Virus record (IMG/VR): IMGVR_UViG_2757320360_000002
Location: 1,328 to 65,327 of that record
Reading direction: 5' to 3' (one strand)
Source: a virus
Lineage: Duplodnaviria; Caudoviricetes
DNA: 64,000 bases
The notes below the pieces were generated by a model that searched no databases, was not told the origin of the DNA, and saw nothing but the letters and a program-made list of their open reading frames with translations. Shown here piece after piece: positions 63,108 through 64,000 of this stretch (position 1 is its first letter; every line of letters starts with the position of its first letter). The position numbers were made by a program, and so were the translations under genes.

Positions 63108-64000
63108 CTGAGGCAGAGCTGCGCGCAGCGGTTGCGCGAGCTCCGAAAAGCCAGCAGGTGCACATTCCCGGCGACCCGCCCATGGCCTTCATCCTCGCAC
63201 TCTACGTCGAGCACGCCGCCAGTTTGCGTAGTAGCGACACGTCGAAGCATCATGCGAAACGGCTTGGACCTTGGGCGGAGCGCTACAAAGCAAGCCAGGC
63301 CCAGGAGTTTGCCGATCATGTCATCCGTGACATGAGCAAGCTCATACCAAATAAGAAATCCGGCAAACTGGAGCCTGCCTATGCGCCAGCAACGGTGAAC
63401 CGGTCATTGGCCTGTGCAAAAAAAGGATTGCAGCTGGCATGGCGCCAGCGCCTCATTCCTGAAAACTATGGCTTGCGGATCGATAACGTGGCAGTCAATA
63501 ACAAACGCGAGGTGTTTCTCACGGTTGAGCAAGTAAGGAAGATCGCATCCTTCTGCACGCCGATTGCGCAGGCCGCGATATGGGCAGCACTGCTGACTGG
63601 GGCGCGCCGCGGTGAACTGTTCCAGATTCAGCGTGAGCATATTGGAAAAGATTCGATCACCTTCCCCGCCAGCAATACTAAAACACTTCGCATGCGCGTG
63701 GTGCCGATCATCCCGGCCTTGCGGCCATGGCTGAAATATTTTCCATTGGAAATGACGTTGTACGGCGTGCAATCGTCCTGGCGCCGCGCGCGCGTGAAGG
63801 CTGGCATGCCTCATGTGAATTTCCATGACCTGCGCCATTCTTGCGCAAGCATCATGCTGGGCCTGGGCGTGGACCTGTACACCATCAGCAAAATTCTCGG
63901 CCATGCCAATGTGCAAACAACCCAGCGCTACGCACACTTGCAGGTTGATGCTCAGCGCCTGGCGCTGGATAAGTTATCGGCACTGGTGGTGGCGAAGTAA
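62996..64000 (+). CDS. int: Tyrosine integrase
   Basis: TGARRGEL, FHDLRH, LGHANVQTTQRYAH catalytic motifs; AAAGGAG RBS. Confidence 0.95.
   Translation: MSIWDDKKGRKHVGIMVDGKRIHRKLPEGATTSDAKLAEAELRAAVARAPKSQQVHIPGDPPMAFILALYVEHAASLRSSDTSKHHAKRLGPWAERYKASQAQEFADHVIRDMSKLIPNKKSGKLEPAYAPATVNRSLACAKKGLQLAWRQRLIPENYGLRIDNVAVNNKREVFLTVEQVRKIASFCTPIAQAAIWAALLTGARRGELFQIQREHIGKDSITFPASNTKTLRMRVVPIIPALRPWLKYFPLEMTLYGVQSSWRRARVKAGMPHVNFHDLRHSCASIMLGLGVDLYTISKILGHANVQTTQRYAHLQVDAQRLALDKLSALVVAK

Larger units (their letters stand above)
887..64000. mobile_element. Near-complete lambdoid temperate siphophage/prophage (lysis, tail, head, packaging, Q, replication, immunity, recombination, xis/int); att sites not in window
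   Basis: Canonical lambdoid gene order, divergent cI/cro with operators, tyrosine integrase ending at base 64000. Confidence 0.97.

Noticed and set aside
1-64000. attL/attR, cos or pac sites
   Set aside because: int ends at the last base and the left flank is coding; no terminal direct repeat could be identified within the window.

Overview
The window is almost entirely one GC-rich, lambdoid-type temperate siphophage (prophage), probably from a betaproteobacterial, Oxalobacteraceae-like host (inferred from protein families). Minus strand, read right to left from the immunity region: cro, regulators and KilA-N antirepressor, a DNA-modification/replication operon (C5 MTase, PAPS-reductase-like, SNF2-MTase fusion, TGT/DpdA-like, initiator, loader), Q, a late leader with a degenerate tRNA-Gly, terminase, portal, head, neck, tail and lysis genes. 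Plus strand: cI with cargo genes, then an early recombination operon (RecT, YqaJ, RdgC) ending in xis/int at the right edge. An AT-richer HNH nuclease gene runs off the left edge. No att site, CRISPR array or reverse transcriptase was seen. The main find is four AT-richer cargo genes lying antisense inside tightly coupled early operons. Each is fully covered on the operon strand by a bridge ORF that starts in the upstream gene's stop codon and ends in the downstream gene's start codon (4-nt NTGA overlaps at both ends). Three of these encode paralogous W-x-QAIG membrane proteins and share a 12-bp junction, TCATG(A/C)TAAnAT, which reads as an extended -10 promoter on the cargo strand. The second find is a major capsid protein with a signal-peptide-like 68-aa leader, in a head module that carries a membrane M48-like metalloprotease and no recognisable prohead protease. 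All family assignments come from motifs recognised by eye; no searches were run.
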